From positions 4,512,001 through 4,576,000 of the forward strand of contig CM000150.2 of the NCBI GenBank assembly GCA_000004695.1: a stretch of 64,000 nt of DNA, read 5' to 3'. Made by a program: the position numbers and the translations under genes. The notes beneath the pieces were generated by a model. That model saw only the letters and a list, made by a program, of their open reading frames with translations, had not been told where the DNA came from and did no database searches. The DNA is from Dictyostelium discoideum (Eukaryota). Positions 46,220 through 61,900 of this stretch are shown in pieces. Each line of letters begins with the position of its first letter. Position 1 is the stretch's first letter.

Positions 46220-46250
<31 letters not shown>

Positions 46251-46266
46251 CACAAAAAAAAAAGAA

Positions 46267-49757
<3,491 letters not shown>

Positions 49758-50368
49758 ATTGATAATAGTTATTTTAATTATTTTAATACAATTTTCAATA
49801 CATTATATAAAAAAAAATAAATAAATCCTTAATTGGTTTTGTTTTGTTTTGTAATAATCCTTATTTTTTTTATTTATTTTTATACATATATTTTTATTTT
49901 TTTTTTTTAAAAGAATCTAGTTTTCCTCTAATCCTTCTAATCATGGATATGGCGCAGGTAAATGAGCTCTTGCAATTCCCAATTCACCAATAAATTACCC
50001 AAAAAAAAAAAAAATTTCATTTTTTTTAACATTGATTAATTAGTATCCATTAAAGGAAATAGTTTTAAATTTTTATTTTTTTTAAATGAAAAGAAATTAT
50101 TCCTTTTTCAATTTGAGTTTTCAAATGAGGAGTTTTAAAATATAGTTATTATTTTTATTCAGTTTTTTAATATGTTAGTATTTAAAATTAATTAACTAAA
50201 TAAGTCAAATAATAAGATGAATTGGTCAAAGGATTCTTATAAGATTTGGCTTTTATAAAATACTCAGAGCCAACCACACAATTCAAAAAAAATCAATGGA
50301 GACTTTTCCAATAACAAAACATATACCCACTTAAAATGGTAGTTTGGTTAATTTCGATTTAGCTATAT

Positions 50369-50381
50369 GGGAATTGAACCC
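50369..50381 (-). promoter_or_regulatory. External B-box (exB) about 34 bp downstream of tRNA-Ile copy 2
   Basis: The minus strand reads GGGTTCAATTCCC, in the same context as copy 1 (tcctttttaa...aagggttcaattccca). Confidence 0.6.
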
Positions 50382-50414
50382 TTAATATCGTTTCCTTTAA
50401 TTAAAAAGGATGTG

Positions 50415-50487
50415 TGCTCGATGCAGGGATCGAACCTGCGACCGTGGCGTTATTAGCACCACGCTCTGCCGACTGAGCTAATCGAGC
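50415..50487 (-). tRNA. tRNA-Ile (anticodon AAU), second copy, 73 nt, identical to 39715..39787
   Basis: The 73 nt are identical to copy 1 (tgctcgatgcagggatcgaacctgcgaccgtggcgttattagcaccacgctctgccgactgagctaatcgagc on the plus strand). No retroelement is seen at -50 or +100 of this copy. Confidence 0.9.
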
Positions 50488-50740
50488 ATCCGTTGAAAAA
50501 AAAATTATTTTATCCAAAAAAGTGCGAACTATTTTTTACAACAAAAGGAAAAAATAAGCAGGAAAAACTCAACCGTAACTATTCTGGTGAATTTATTAAA
50601 ATTTAATAAATTGAAGAAATTCCAGCAACAAGAATATTGCAAATTTATATTTTCAAAAAATCGATACGATAAATTTTAAATTTTATTTTTTTTTTTTTTT
50701 TTAAGTGTAAATTTAGTTAATTGAGGTTTTTTTTTTTTTT

Positions 50741-52251
50741 TTAAACACCATAACATTTATCGAATTCAGAAGAAGTGATACCAAAGATTTGACAAATCCA
50801 TTTAGTTTGACAAGCTTGATCACAAGATTCTTTAATTGGTGAACTACTAAGATTTTCGAAATAACTATTAAACATTGTTGAATTAGTTTTCATTTGATTG
50901 GCAACTTTTGTCCAAGAGGTAGGTGAAAGATCATCCATATTATAGAGTTCTTTAGCACTATAAGTCAATTGGAAATTTAAGGCACCAGTTTCATTTGCTT
51001 CAGTAATGTTTGCATGATATTGATAGTAGTTTACAATTTGATTAGTTGAATAATCAAATTGATAAATACGATAACCAGGTTCATGATTTTGATAGGTTGT
51101 TAATGATGGAACGATATAATTCATACCGGTTGGAATTGTATGAGTTGCAACATCGGAGAATACTGAAAATTGATCGTAATGAGTATGGCCATACAATTGA
51201 CCAATGATAACATCAGAGAATTGACCTACCACTTGTTCATACATTGCACACCAACCATCGGTTGAAGCACTTTTAACAGTGCATGGAATATGACCAATGA
51301 TTAAAACCTTTTCACCATTGGATTGAGCTTGTTCCAATGTATTGATCATCCAATCCGATTGATTATTTGGGCCTTTTAAATAGGTTGGGAGGAGATTATA
51401 GAAATTGATCATATCATTCTCCAAAGTATTCAATGACATAACACGAAGACCTGGCTTAATCAACGATGTATAATAACCACGCTCTTTAACCAACTCCAAA
51501 GCATCGGCATCTAACCATGGTGCCCAATAGGTGTAAATCGAGTCCAATAACCATTGTGAATTTGGTAAAACGTATTGATCGGCTGGGTAAGCTTCATGAT
51601 TACCCAACGATGGTAAAACTGGTGTATTTGGGAAAGTCTTTTGAATGACCTGTGCCAATGTTGCGGTGGCCAACTCTTGTTGAGCTTGTGATTGTTCCCA
51701 TACATTGTGTGGTGGATTATCACCTGTCCAAACTATGAAATCCAATTGATCAGTCAATGTTGCCAAATGTTGGAAAATCAATTCAACAGTACTAAATGGG
51801 ATATCGCAAAGGTAATGACCTATTGGACCTGCTGAACCTACACCATCTCTACAACATAATGGTCTACCACAATTTGGATTTGAACCAACTTTATAATCTG
51901 GATCGAAATGTACATCAGAAATTTGTAAAATATAACCAATACTATCATTACCTTTAAATTTTTTTACCAATGGTTCTTGATTTGATAAATCTTTATATTG
52001 TGGTTTCTTATTAACTTTCATTGTTGGTTTATTAAATGATTCTTGTCTATATTCATTATCAAATGAATTTGAAATTGATGATGATTCTGATGATCCTGTT
52101 GCTGAACAAATCTTAAAATATCCACATAATTGTGATGGTGTAAAATCTGATTGAATAAGTACATCAACTATAATTGGTACATAATTATTTAAAATACCTG
52201 TACACTATATTTAAATATTAAATAATTATTATTATTATTAGTATTTTTTAA

Positions 52252-52304
<53 letters not shown>

Positions 52305-52611
52305 TAGATTTAAATATACATACAACTTCTGGTTGTTCTTCTTTTGAGGCAATACAAAGGTCAGATAAACCTTTAATTATTTCTGTTAATGAAGCATTCT
52401 TTTTAATGAAATCTTCTAATAATGATGCACCAATTTGACAAACATCACAGCTTAATTGAATGTTTTCACCATGTTGTAAAGTTGTTGCTGCTGCTTTATC
52501 TAATTTATCTAATGATTTTTGTCCTTTTTCTGTAATTAAAATGTCATGGGAATATACAGATGCTAATAATAATCCAATCAATACTAATAAAATTATTGGT
52601 ATGGATTTCAT
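50741..52611 (-). CDS. Acid sphingomyelinase-like phosphodiesterase (SMPD1 family: N-terminal saposin domain plus calcineurin-like metallophosphoesterase); exons 52611..52324 and 52204..50741, about 583 aa
   Basis: Exon 1 has a signal peptide (MKSIPIILLVLIGLLLASVYS) and a saposin-B half (LSCDVCQIGASLLEDFIKKN..LCIASKEEQPEV), then a GTATGT donor. The intron is almost entirely an (A)42 run. From the acceptor atatAG, exon 2 continues CTGILNNYVPIIVDVLIQSDFTPSQLCGYFKIC (the second saposin half). The phosphoesterase motifs follow: GYILQISDVHFDPDY, WTGDNPPHNVW, LGNHE, IIGHIP and GHTHYDQF. The exon phases are consistent (288+1464 nt). Confidence 0.85.
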
Positions 52612-53255
52612 TGTGTTTATTTTTGTTTTTGTGTGTGGGTGTTTGAGGTTATTTATTACAAAGAAAAACAATAGAAAGACCAAACACCAATATCTTTGTT
52701 TTCCCCTTTGTAAAAAAAATAAATAAATAAATAAATAATAAATATATGAAATATATAAGAAAAAAGCAAATTATAAATTAAAGTATGAGTAAATGATTTT
52801 TTTAAAAAAAAAAAGTGTGTTTTTTTTTTTTTCAACTTAAAAGAAAATTATAATCTGAAAATGTAAAACAAAACAAAAAAAAAAAAAAAAAATAAAAATA
52901 AAAAAAATAAAAAAAATAAAAAAAATAAAAAAAAACATTTTATAACTGATTTTTTGGTGTGAAATTTAATTATCCCAGAAAAGGATTTCTACTTTTCATA
53001 AAGATACTTAATTTTATTCGCATAAGTTTCCGATACATTTTAAAAAAATAAAAAAAAATCTATTATTAAACTAAAATAATTTTATAAACACAAAATAAAA
53101 TAAAATAAAAAAAAAAAAAAAAAAAATAAAATAAAATAAAATAAAAAAAAAACCTTTGATTAGATATTTATTAATAGCAATTAGTTCGTCATTTTTTTTT
53201 TCCACAAAGGTTTAGATTTATTAAGTTTTTTTTTTTTTTTTTATTTTTATTTTTT

Positions 53256-53475
53256 TTAATAACCATACCTATTTGATTCATCACCATCATTATTTTCTCT
53301 AGAAATTAAATTGACATACTCTGATTCTTGTTTTTCTTTTAATTTTTTTATTTTTTCTTCTGGGGTGTAAACCTTCTTTGGTTTTTGGTTTTGTTTAACT
53401 TTATATTCTTCTGGTATATCATTTTCCAAAAGATTACCCAATTTATTGTTATCATTATTATTATTATTGTTATTA

Positions 53476-53513
<38 letters not shown>

Positions 53514-55067
53514 TGGATTATTGTTATTTGGATTATTATTTTTATTATTATTATTTTCTTGAATTTTATTTTCAGTATCATCATTAAACATTAATTTATT
53601 TTCAGTCGATTTAATAGTTGAATTAGTTAAAGTGGTTGTTGGTGCTGGTGTTGTGGTAGTGATGACAGTTGTTTTATTTTCAATTGATTTATCAATACCA
53701 TCATTTAATTGAATTGATTTTAATGAAGATTGTAAAGATTGAGAATATTTCTTATAATCTGGTTTTAAGAATAAAATTGATTCTAATTTTTTAATTTGAT
53801 CTTCAATTGTTATTAAAGAATTCATTATCTTTTGTTGTGTATTTTTCTTTAATTCTTGTTCATTTTCATTCATAAATTTATCGAGTTCATCTTCTTCATC
53901 ATTATCATTATTATTATTTTTATTTAATAATGTTGATTGTTTAAATTGTTTTTGAAGTGAAAGTTTCTCAATTTCAAATTGTTTTCTTTTTTCAATTAGT
54001 TCTGTTATTGATTGATCATTTAATTTTAATTGTTGTTGTTTTTGTAATTTATCTTTTGATTGATTCGTTCTATCATAAAATTGATTATCTTCATCATCAT
54101 CATCATCATCATCTTCTTGACTTTTCTTTTTTCTTTTATTATTACTATTATCTAAATCATCTTCATCATAATCATCATCATCATCATTTTTATTTTGATT
54201 CCTTTTTTTATTATTTTTATTATTATTATTATTTTCTAGGTCTTTATTATCATCATCTTGTTCTTTATAGTGATTTCTAATTTCTTCATCATGGTCATCT
54301 TTTAACCAAACATCTCTATTTATAAGAGGTTTATTATCAGAATTTGAAGAAGAGTTGTTTGAAGTGAAAAGTGATAAAAATGCTGCTTTTTCTTTGGCTC
54401 TCTCTTTTTCTTTAATTTTTTCTTTTTCTTTTTCATCATTATTAATATTATCATCGTCATTATAATTTAAATTTAAATTTGGTCCATCCAATACAAATAA
54501 TCTTGTTGATTCACCAAATTTTATTACATCACCAACTTTAATAGGTATATGAATATTTGGTTTACATTTTTGTTTATTTATCATTGAACCATGTGTGCTA
54601 TTTAAATCATACAAATATAATTTCCCTCCGTCTCTATGTTGTATAATTGCATGTTGTCTACTAATTGTCTAAAAAAAAAAAAAAAAAGTTAATTGTATTG
54701 TATTGTATTAAATGAATGAATGAATAAATGAATGATAACTTACTGCATGCTCTAATTGTATGTCACATATTGGTAATCTACCAATTAAATAAAATGGTTT
54801 CTTGTTTAAATTAATATGTTCTATAATTGTACCACTCTTTATAACTTCAAATTTATATTCAATGTCAGGGTTTGATTTGCTCCATTCTGGTTCTTTATAA
54901 ATTAGTTCAACTTTTGGTTGTGGTTGTTGTGGTTGTTGTGGTTGTTTATTGGGTGATTTTTTGATTAGTGTTGAAGGAGGTGGTGGCATTAAGAAATTAG
55001 ACGGAGGTGGTGGCATCATTTTATCATCATCTCCATTTTTGATATTACCCTCATTATTTTCACTCAT
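53256..55067 (-). CDS. FHA-domain protein, kanadaptin (SLC4A1AP)-like; exons 55067..54744 and 54668..53256, about 578 aa
   Basis: Exon 1 reads MSENNEG...PFYLIGRLPICDIQLEHA and ends at a GTAAGT donor at 54743. From the acceptor (t)10AG, exon 2 reads TISRQHAIIQHRDGGKLYLYDLNSTHGSMINKQKCKPNIHIPIKVGDVIKFGESTRLFVLDGP. Human kanadaptin has YMLGRLPSCDIVMEHPSVSRYHAVLQHR..FYLYDLGSTHGTFLNK..VVRFGGSTRLFILQGP. The rest is an acidic, K/E-rich coiled-coil tail with poly-N. Confidence 0.8.
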
Positions 55068-55116
55068 TCTATTTTTTTTTTTTTTTTTTAATTAATTTTG
55101 AAATAGTGAAAAAGTG

Positions 55117-55149
<33 letters not shown>

Positions 55150-56366
55150 CTTATTTAATTTTTTTTATTTTCTTTTTATTTTATTTTAACTTGTATTTTT
55201 TTAAAATATCAAAAAAAGTAAAAATAATAAAAGAATTTTTTCTTTTTTTTCTTTTTTTTTTTTTTTTTTTTTTGTATTCCCCTTTAAAATTGAGTATAGT
55301 ATATTTTTTAAATAAACCCCTTTCTAATAATATTTTAGTATTAATTTAGCACCCTTAAAAAAATCCATTTTTCTGAATTTGTAAAAATGGTAAATAATAT
55401 TTATTTTATTTTATTTCTTATTTAAATCAGAGGATTTCTTTTTTAAGATAATAATCAAGATTTGAAATTTTAATAAATACTAAAAAAGAAGTTTAAATTT
55501 TGATGAATAAAAAAAAAAAAATATAAATAATTTTTTTTTTTTTTTTTTTTTTTTTCATACCTTTTGTGGTTAATAAAATTATAATAATATAATTATGACA
55601 TTAGTTGGTAAGAAATAAACAAATAAACAAATAAAAAAGATAAAAAGATAAATAATTATAATTTAACTAACTTATTTTTAATTTATATATTTATAAAGCA
55701 TCTTTAACAAAACTTGGAAATCCAACTGCATCATTAAGTAGCCATAGTTCACCAAAAGTTGAGACACATGCTGGTGTTTCAGGAGAACAAATGGGCAACA
55801 AATCAGAATGGATGGGTAGATCATGGCAGTGGGGACCAAGTAGACAATGGTATTGGCAACCATGGTATTATAGATCATACAGAAGTGGAAATTGGTATTA
55901 TTAAATACTCACCTTTTTTATAATTTTTTAAATAAAATATTTTTATTTTAACATTTACCAAAACAAATTTAATTTTTATTTTTTTTATTTTTTTTTTATT
56001 TAAACTTTTTTTAAATTGACTAAACTCTATTTTTGATATCAACTAAATGAAAAGAAATAAAATAAAATTTTTTTTTCTTTTATATTATTTTATTTTTTTT
56101 AATTTTATTTTTTTCATTTTTAAATATTATTTGATTTTTTTGTTATTAATATGAATTTAGTATAAATATAAACTCAAAAATAAACAAAATAATAAAAATA
56201 AAAAAAAAAAAAAAAAAAAGTAATAGAAAAAAAAGAAAATTTGTGAATATTAAATAAGGTTTTGGTAAAAAAAAAAAAAAAAAAAAAAAAAATTGAAAAA
56301 GTTGAAAAAAAAAAGTTGAATGGTTTGTAATTATTTTTAATTTTATCTTAATTTTTTTTTTTTTAT

Positions 56367-58745
56367 ATGGATAATAATAATAATAATAATTTTGAAATAC
56401 TATTTTGGAAAGTGTTTAAAAATATTTTCCTTTTAAAATGTATTTTTAAAGAAATTAAATCAAAACAAATATTTAGAAATTATTCATATAATGAAATTAA
56501 TAGAGTAGAATGGATGATTAGAAATGGTTATTTCGAATTATTAATAGAAAAAATTAAAAAATGTGAATATTTAGTATTTAATTGTGAATTCAAACATCCA
56601 ACAATGGTTATAGGATCTATGATGGTTACGACAATGAATAAAGAACTTACAGAAAAACAATTTAATTTCAAATATTCAATTTTTAATTACTTTAAAGATG
56701 ATTTCCAACTTTTTTCAATACTTTTTAAAAACTATAATTTATATTTCCAACTTCCATCATGTTGTAAACACATTGAAAGAATATCAGTACAAGTCGATAA
56801 TATGGCAGCATTAAAAGTTTTGGTTGAAAATTATTCATTTAAACCTAACATTTCATCATTTTTCAAATCATATGAAATCGGCTCAATATCAGTATCTCAA
56901 TATCTATATGAATCATTATTTTTAAAATTAAACTTAAAATTAACAAAAGATCAAATTGAAATATTATGGAATTTAACATTTTCAAATACAATAACAACTA
57001 AACCGTCATCAAAATTTATTTCACCATTAATAAATGATAATGAAACGATTAATCAAATAATCATTAAAAAACTATTATTTATTGTAAATGTATTAAAACT
57101 TAAACCCACAGTTTCAAATTTAAAACCATTGGAATCTTTTTTTAATTTTAAAATTTTTAAAGAATCTTTATCAAAATTATTAATGTGTTGTAAAATAGTA
57201 TCAATATTATCAAATTTTCAATCATTTCATCAAATATTTAATTTACAATTTTCAAAAGAAAAGACCTATATTGAAAATATAAAAATAAAAACTTTAATAA
57301 AAAATTCTGAAAATTCTTTATTAATGTCATCAATAGTTTCACCATCACCACCATCACCACCACCAAACAAATCATCACTAGAAATAATATCTTTAATTTT
57401 ATTTGATGAAATTAATAAAATGAAATTTACAAAAAAAGAATTATCATCAAGTGTTTATACTTTAATTGATAATTTAAATAATTTATTATCATCACCATCC
57501 ACTTTTATAATAACATCAATTGAAAATATTAAGAAACTATTTGAAATGTTTATTAAATTTACAACATTTGGTAAAAACAATTTATTAGAAAATTTTTCAT
57601 TTTTTAAAATTAAATTCTTTGGTGATAATGAATCATTTGATTTAAAATTGTTTAAATCATTTTCAAATCAATCGATAATTGAATTATTTAGAAATGATAG
57701 AATTGAAATAATTGAAAAACTTTGTAAAGAAAATAAATTAATAATTAATCGAGATATATCACCTTATTATATTATGAAATCAATTGAAATGTTTAATTTA
57801 ATTTATAAATATGATAAAGAAAAGCATACTAATAATCCAATATTCCAATTACTTTTATTTAATTATAAAATTGCAAATCATTTCAAACAAAATTATAATA
57901 ACCATTATCAAACATTAATAAAATCAACAACAATCAATAAAATACCACAACAAACAAATTTTAAAAATTGGTTCAATTTTCAAAATTTTAATTTTATTTT
58001 TGAAAATTGGTTTGATTTTACAAATGAATTTAAAATTCAAATTGCCAATTTTGTTTATTTAAAAATTTCAATCAGTAAAATTCCATTAACTGATTATATT
58101 AAATTTATTGAATTCTTCAATAATAAATCACTAGGTAATAGTGATTTATTTTCAAATATTCCTTTTTACACAGGTTCAAATCAAATTACAAATATTTTTA
58201 ATAATAATAATGAAGATATTGAATTGGATTTTACAACATTTGAACAAGTATCATATTTAATTAATAAAGAATATTCCCACCAAACTCTAGTTGATTATTC
58301 AATCACACCACTACTTCAATCAAATGCTCAAATATATTGTACATATTATCTTAGAGGTGAATTAGATAAAATTATTCCCCCAAAAATGTCCCAATTTAAA
58401 AAAGACATCTCGCTAGTAATAAAAGAGATTGTAAAAAAAAGTGATATTAAATCATTTCAATATATATTATCAACAAAAATCGATAAAGCACAAATTGGTG
58501 ATTTTATTGACCGCGTTTTATCCTATTCACTCTTTTATGGTAATTTTATATTATTTCACAAATCTCTCAATCAAAAAGTAAAATTTCCAATTTCAGATGC
58601 ATTCGAACATGGCCAAATTGAAACACTACTTTATTTTAAGAATGAATTAAATTATAAACTACCAAATAATGAAAAATTATTTGAAAATTTAATTAATGAT
58701 AATAATTGTTTCTTTTATAATTATTTTAAAAATCTTTGTAAATAA
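56367..58745 (+). CDS. Hypothetical 792-aa protein (N/K/I/F-rich), no recognisable domain
   Basis: This is a single uninterrupted ORF from an ATG at 56367 (MDNNNNNNFEILFWKVFKNIFLLKC...). Codon bias and the poly-N start are typical of genuine Dictyostelium genes. There are no motifs I can name. Confidence 0.45.
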   Translation: MDNNNNNNFEILFWKVFKNIFLLKCIFKEIKSKQIFRNYSYNEINRVEWMIRNGYFELLIEKIKKCEYLVFNCEFKHPTMVIGSMMVTTMNKELTEKQFNFKYSIFNYFKDDFQLFSILFKNYNLYFQLPSCCKHIERISVQVDNMAALKVLVENYSFKPNISSFFKSYEIGSISVSQYLYESLFLKLNLKLTKDQIEILWNLTFSNTITTKPSSKFISPLINDNETINQIIIKKLLFIVNVLKLKPTVSNLKPLESFFNFKIFKESLSKLLMCCKIVSILSNFQSFHQIFNLQFSKEKTYIENIKIKTLIKNSENSLLMSSIVSPSPPSPPPNKSSLEIISLILFDEINKMKFTKKELSSSVYTLIDNLNNLLSSPSTFIITSIENIKKLFEMFIKFTTFGKNNLLENFSFFKIKFFGDNESFDLKLFKSFSNQSIIELFRNDRIEIIEKLCKENKLIINRDISPYYIMKSIEMFNLIYKYDKEKHTNNPIFQLLLFNYKIANHFKQNYNNHYQTLIKSTTINKIPQQTNFKNWFNFQNFNFIFENWFDFTNEFKIQIANFVYLKISISKIPLTDYIKFIEFFNNKSLGNSDLFSNIPFYTGSNQITNIFNNNNEDIELDFTTFEQVSYLINKEYSHQTLVDYSITPLLQSNAQIYCTYYLRGELDKIIPPKMSQFKKDISLVIKEIVKKSDIKSFQYILSTKIDKAQIGDFIDRVLSYSLFYGNFILFHKSLNQKVKFPISDAFEHGQIETLLYFKNELNYKLPNNEKLFENLINDNNCFFYNYFKNLCK

Positions 58746-58907
58746 ATACAAATAAATAAAAAAATAAAAAAAAAAAATAAAAAAAAGATTATCTTTTTAA
58801 ATTTTAAATAATTATTACACTGTATACATTTTTTTTATTTTTTATTTTGTTTTATTTTGTTTTAATATATATATAAATTTGTTTTGTTTTGTTTTGTTTT
58901 AATTAAT

Positions 58908-61900
58908 TTAGAATAAACCAGAAACTTTTTTCTTTTCAGTTTTTTTCCAAGCTGGTAAAGCATCCCATTCAGCTCTACTACCAAGATGTTTTTCAAAATC
59001 TTCATCACTAAGATACATTTCTAAAACTGAACGATCAATTTCAGGAGGTGTATTCTTTTCAATTAATTTTTCAAATGGTAAAACTTGATAATATTTCTTT
59101 AGTAGATTAACAGCATTCTTTGGTGATGCACCATCATCAAGTTCATCAGCACCATCAGCAGTATTATTTGAAGAACCATTGCTGTTGTTGTTGTTGTTGT
59201 TGCTGTTGTTAAGTCTTAAAGAATCCCAACAATGGAAATAACAAGTGAAAGAAAGTGGTTCATCACCTTGAGTAATGAATAAAACATCATTTTCAGTTCT
59301 AGAATCAGCTAAATATTTTACATAATCAATTGCAATTTCCATACCTCTCTTTTTTTCTTTTTCTTGTGCTCTTAAACCTGACCAAACGAAAACATTCTTT
59401 CTATTATCCAATAGATAGACTTTACTTGGAGTTAAATCATATTGACTGAAACGATAGATTTCATCAGCTCTAATAATGGTACCAGTATTTACGATTGCAA
59501 ATAATTTAATTTGATTTTCCCAATCAGTTGGTACATTTTGATAAACATAATCAAAGTTTGCATATTTACCATTTCCACCAATTAATTTCCAAAATTCGTC
59601 AGGTTCTGAACCTTCTTTAATGACTTTAATGATTGGATTAGTTTTTGATTTTGAAATACTATTTGAAAGTGAAGCTAATTTTGATGATTCCTCTTTCAAT
59701 TGTTTATTTGAACCTTTAGATTCCCAAATAAAAGTTTGATTTGTTGAACAATTGGTAATGATGAAACAATCTCTACTATTTAAACAAGTTGAAGAAAGTT
59801 TACTGGTTTGTGAAGCAGTGATTGCATTTGATTTTTTACCAAAAACATGATACATTCTAGTGGTATTATTATTGAATTGGTAAGTGGTTCTATCACCTTT
59901 ATGAACAACCATTTTACCATTGAAAATCATATTGAAATGATTGGTTTCTCTACCTTGTCTTTCAGGATCTTGAGAACATTCACCACGAGCACTAGTTTCA
60001 ATATAAAGATCTTTTGAGAGTAATGAAGATGAACCAACGTCTTGACGAGATGCATCAGCACCTTGCCAATAGTAAATTGCATATTTGAGTGCATTCCATT
60101 TGGTGTAGGTATATCTAATCAAATAACAACAACCACTAAAGAAATGACCATACTCTTCCTTTGGTAAAGGATAGGATTTACAATTTTCAATATACCAAAT
60201 CTCATACTCACCACTACCATCACTTTTGAGTACTTCTTCAGCTCTTTCAATTTCAACCATTTCTCTAACTTGGAATTGATTCATCTTTGCAGGTGATTTC
60301 TTTTCATAGGGAATTGAAACATCAAATACTCTCTTCTTACCAAAACCCATTCTTTGTAGGGAAACTTCATGTGAAAGATCTGGCCAATCAAAGAATTTCT
60401 CTCTAAATAATACAGTTTCACCACCTTCTGATAATACAACTGATTCAACCCATGATTGTCTATGTTGATTATTCTTTAAACGTTCTTGACATTTCTTATG
60501 GAATTGTTCCTTTAATGATTGATCGGAATTTCTACCTGACCATTCATAGAACTCACTAACAGTATCCAATACATAGAAACCATCAGACTCTAATAATTCC
60601 ATTGATAATGATTTAGTATCAATATGAATTAATTGATCTTTATCAGTTAAATACTTCAATAGTGTGAATGATGATGCCCAATTTAATTCCGCTTCTAAAT
60701 CATCACCACCATCTGGATTAATAGTAGATTTATGTGATGAACCTCCACCAATACGTTTATAAAATAATTCATTTTCATCACCTTCATCCAATTTAATTAT
60801 TGTAGCATGACCACCTCTTTCGTGAGATTTAATGATTTCTGCAATTGCAACTGCTTTGGCTTTCTTATTGGCAGTTGATTTTGAGCCATACCAAGTGAAA
60901 ATGGTAGAATGTGAATTACTATCAACTGATTCACCACCAACATTTGAATTTTCAATACCACAATCTAAAACGAATGCATCCATTTTATTCAATGAATTTA
61001 TTGAGATTTCAACCTCTTTGGTTAAAATTCTCTTTTTACCTTTACAATGAACTAATCTTGCTCTTAGGCCTGAATAAGTATCAATACTCTTTTTATGATT
61101 TAAAAATTTATTTGGATCTTGTTTCAATGTTGATGTGACTGATACAGATTGTGATCTACCTCTAACGAAATTTGGTGCTGCAGGTTCATCCTTTAAAACA
61201 TTTGATAAAAGTTTATTATTTTCAATTTCCATTTTCTTTTTTTGTGCTTCCATTGCCAATGATGCCATTGACCCCATTATTCCACCGACTGCACCAGGTG
61301 GTAATACAATTTTCTTTTTAGTAGTTGGAGATGATTCATTATTTTTATTACTTTCTAATGCTTTTGATAATAATGATGGTTGTTGATCACTACCCACATC
61401 ATCATCACCACCACCATTTGAAGTTGAAGTTGAACCTGGTGCTTTATGACTTTTACTTGGTGCTTGTCTACCTTTCATTTTAACTCTATCTTTAGTTAAT
61501 GATGTTAAAGTTGATGTTGATCCATCACTACTACTATTATCTTCAGTAACTTGTACTGGTTTCTTTTTATTTTCTAATTGACTTTGAAGTTGTTTTTCAA
61601 TTGATAATTTAAATTGATCAGTTATTGTGGATGATTTTGTTTCTTTTTCAATAGATTTTGAAATTTTCTCTCTTTCTAAACGATCTCTTTCTTCTTTTTC
61701 TGCAAATTCTCTTTCTTGTTTTAATTTTAATTCTTTTTCTTTTTGTTCTTTTTCTAATTTTAATTTAAATTCTTTTTCTTTTTTATCTTTTTCTTCTTTT
61801 TCTTTTGTAACTTTATCAGCCAATTCTTTATCTTTTTTCTCTTTTTCTAATTTATCAGCCAATTCTTTCTCTTTTCTTTCTTTTTCTTCTTTTTCTTTTG

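Noticed and set aside
51511-51723. Minus-strand 70-aa ORF inside the sphingomyelinase gene
   Set aside because: It is an alternative frame of a homology-validated exon.
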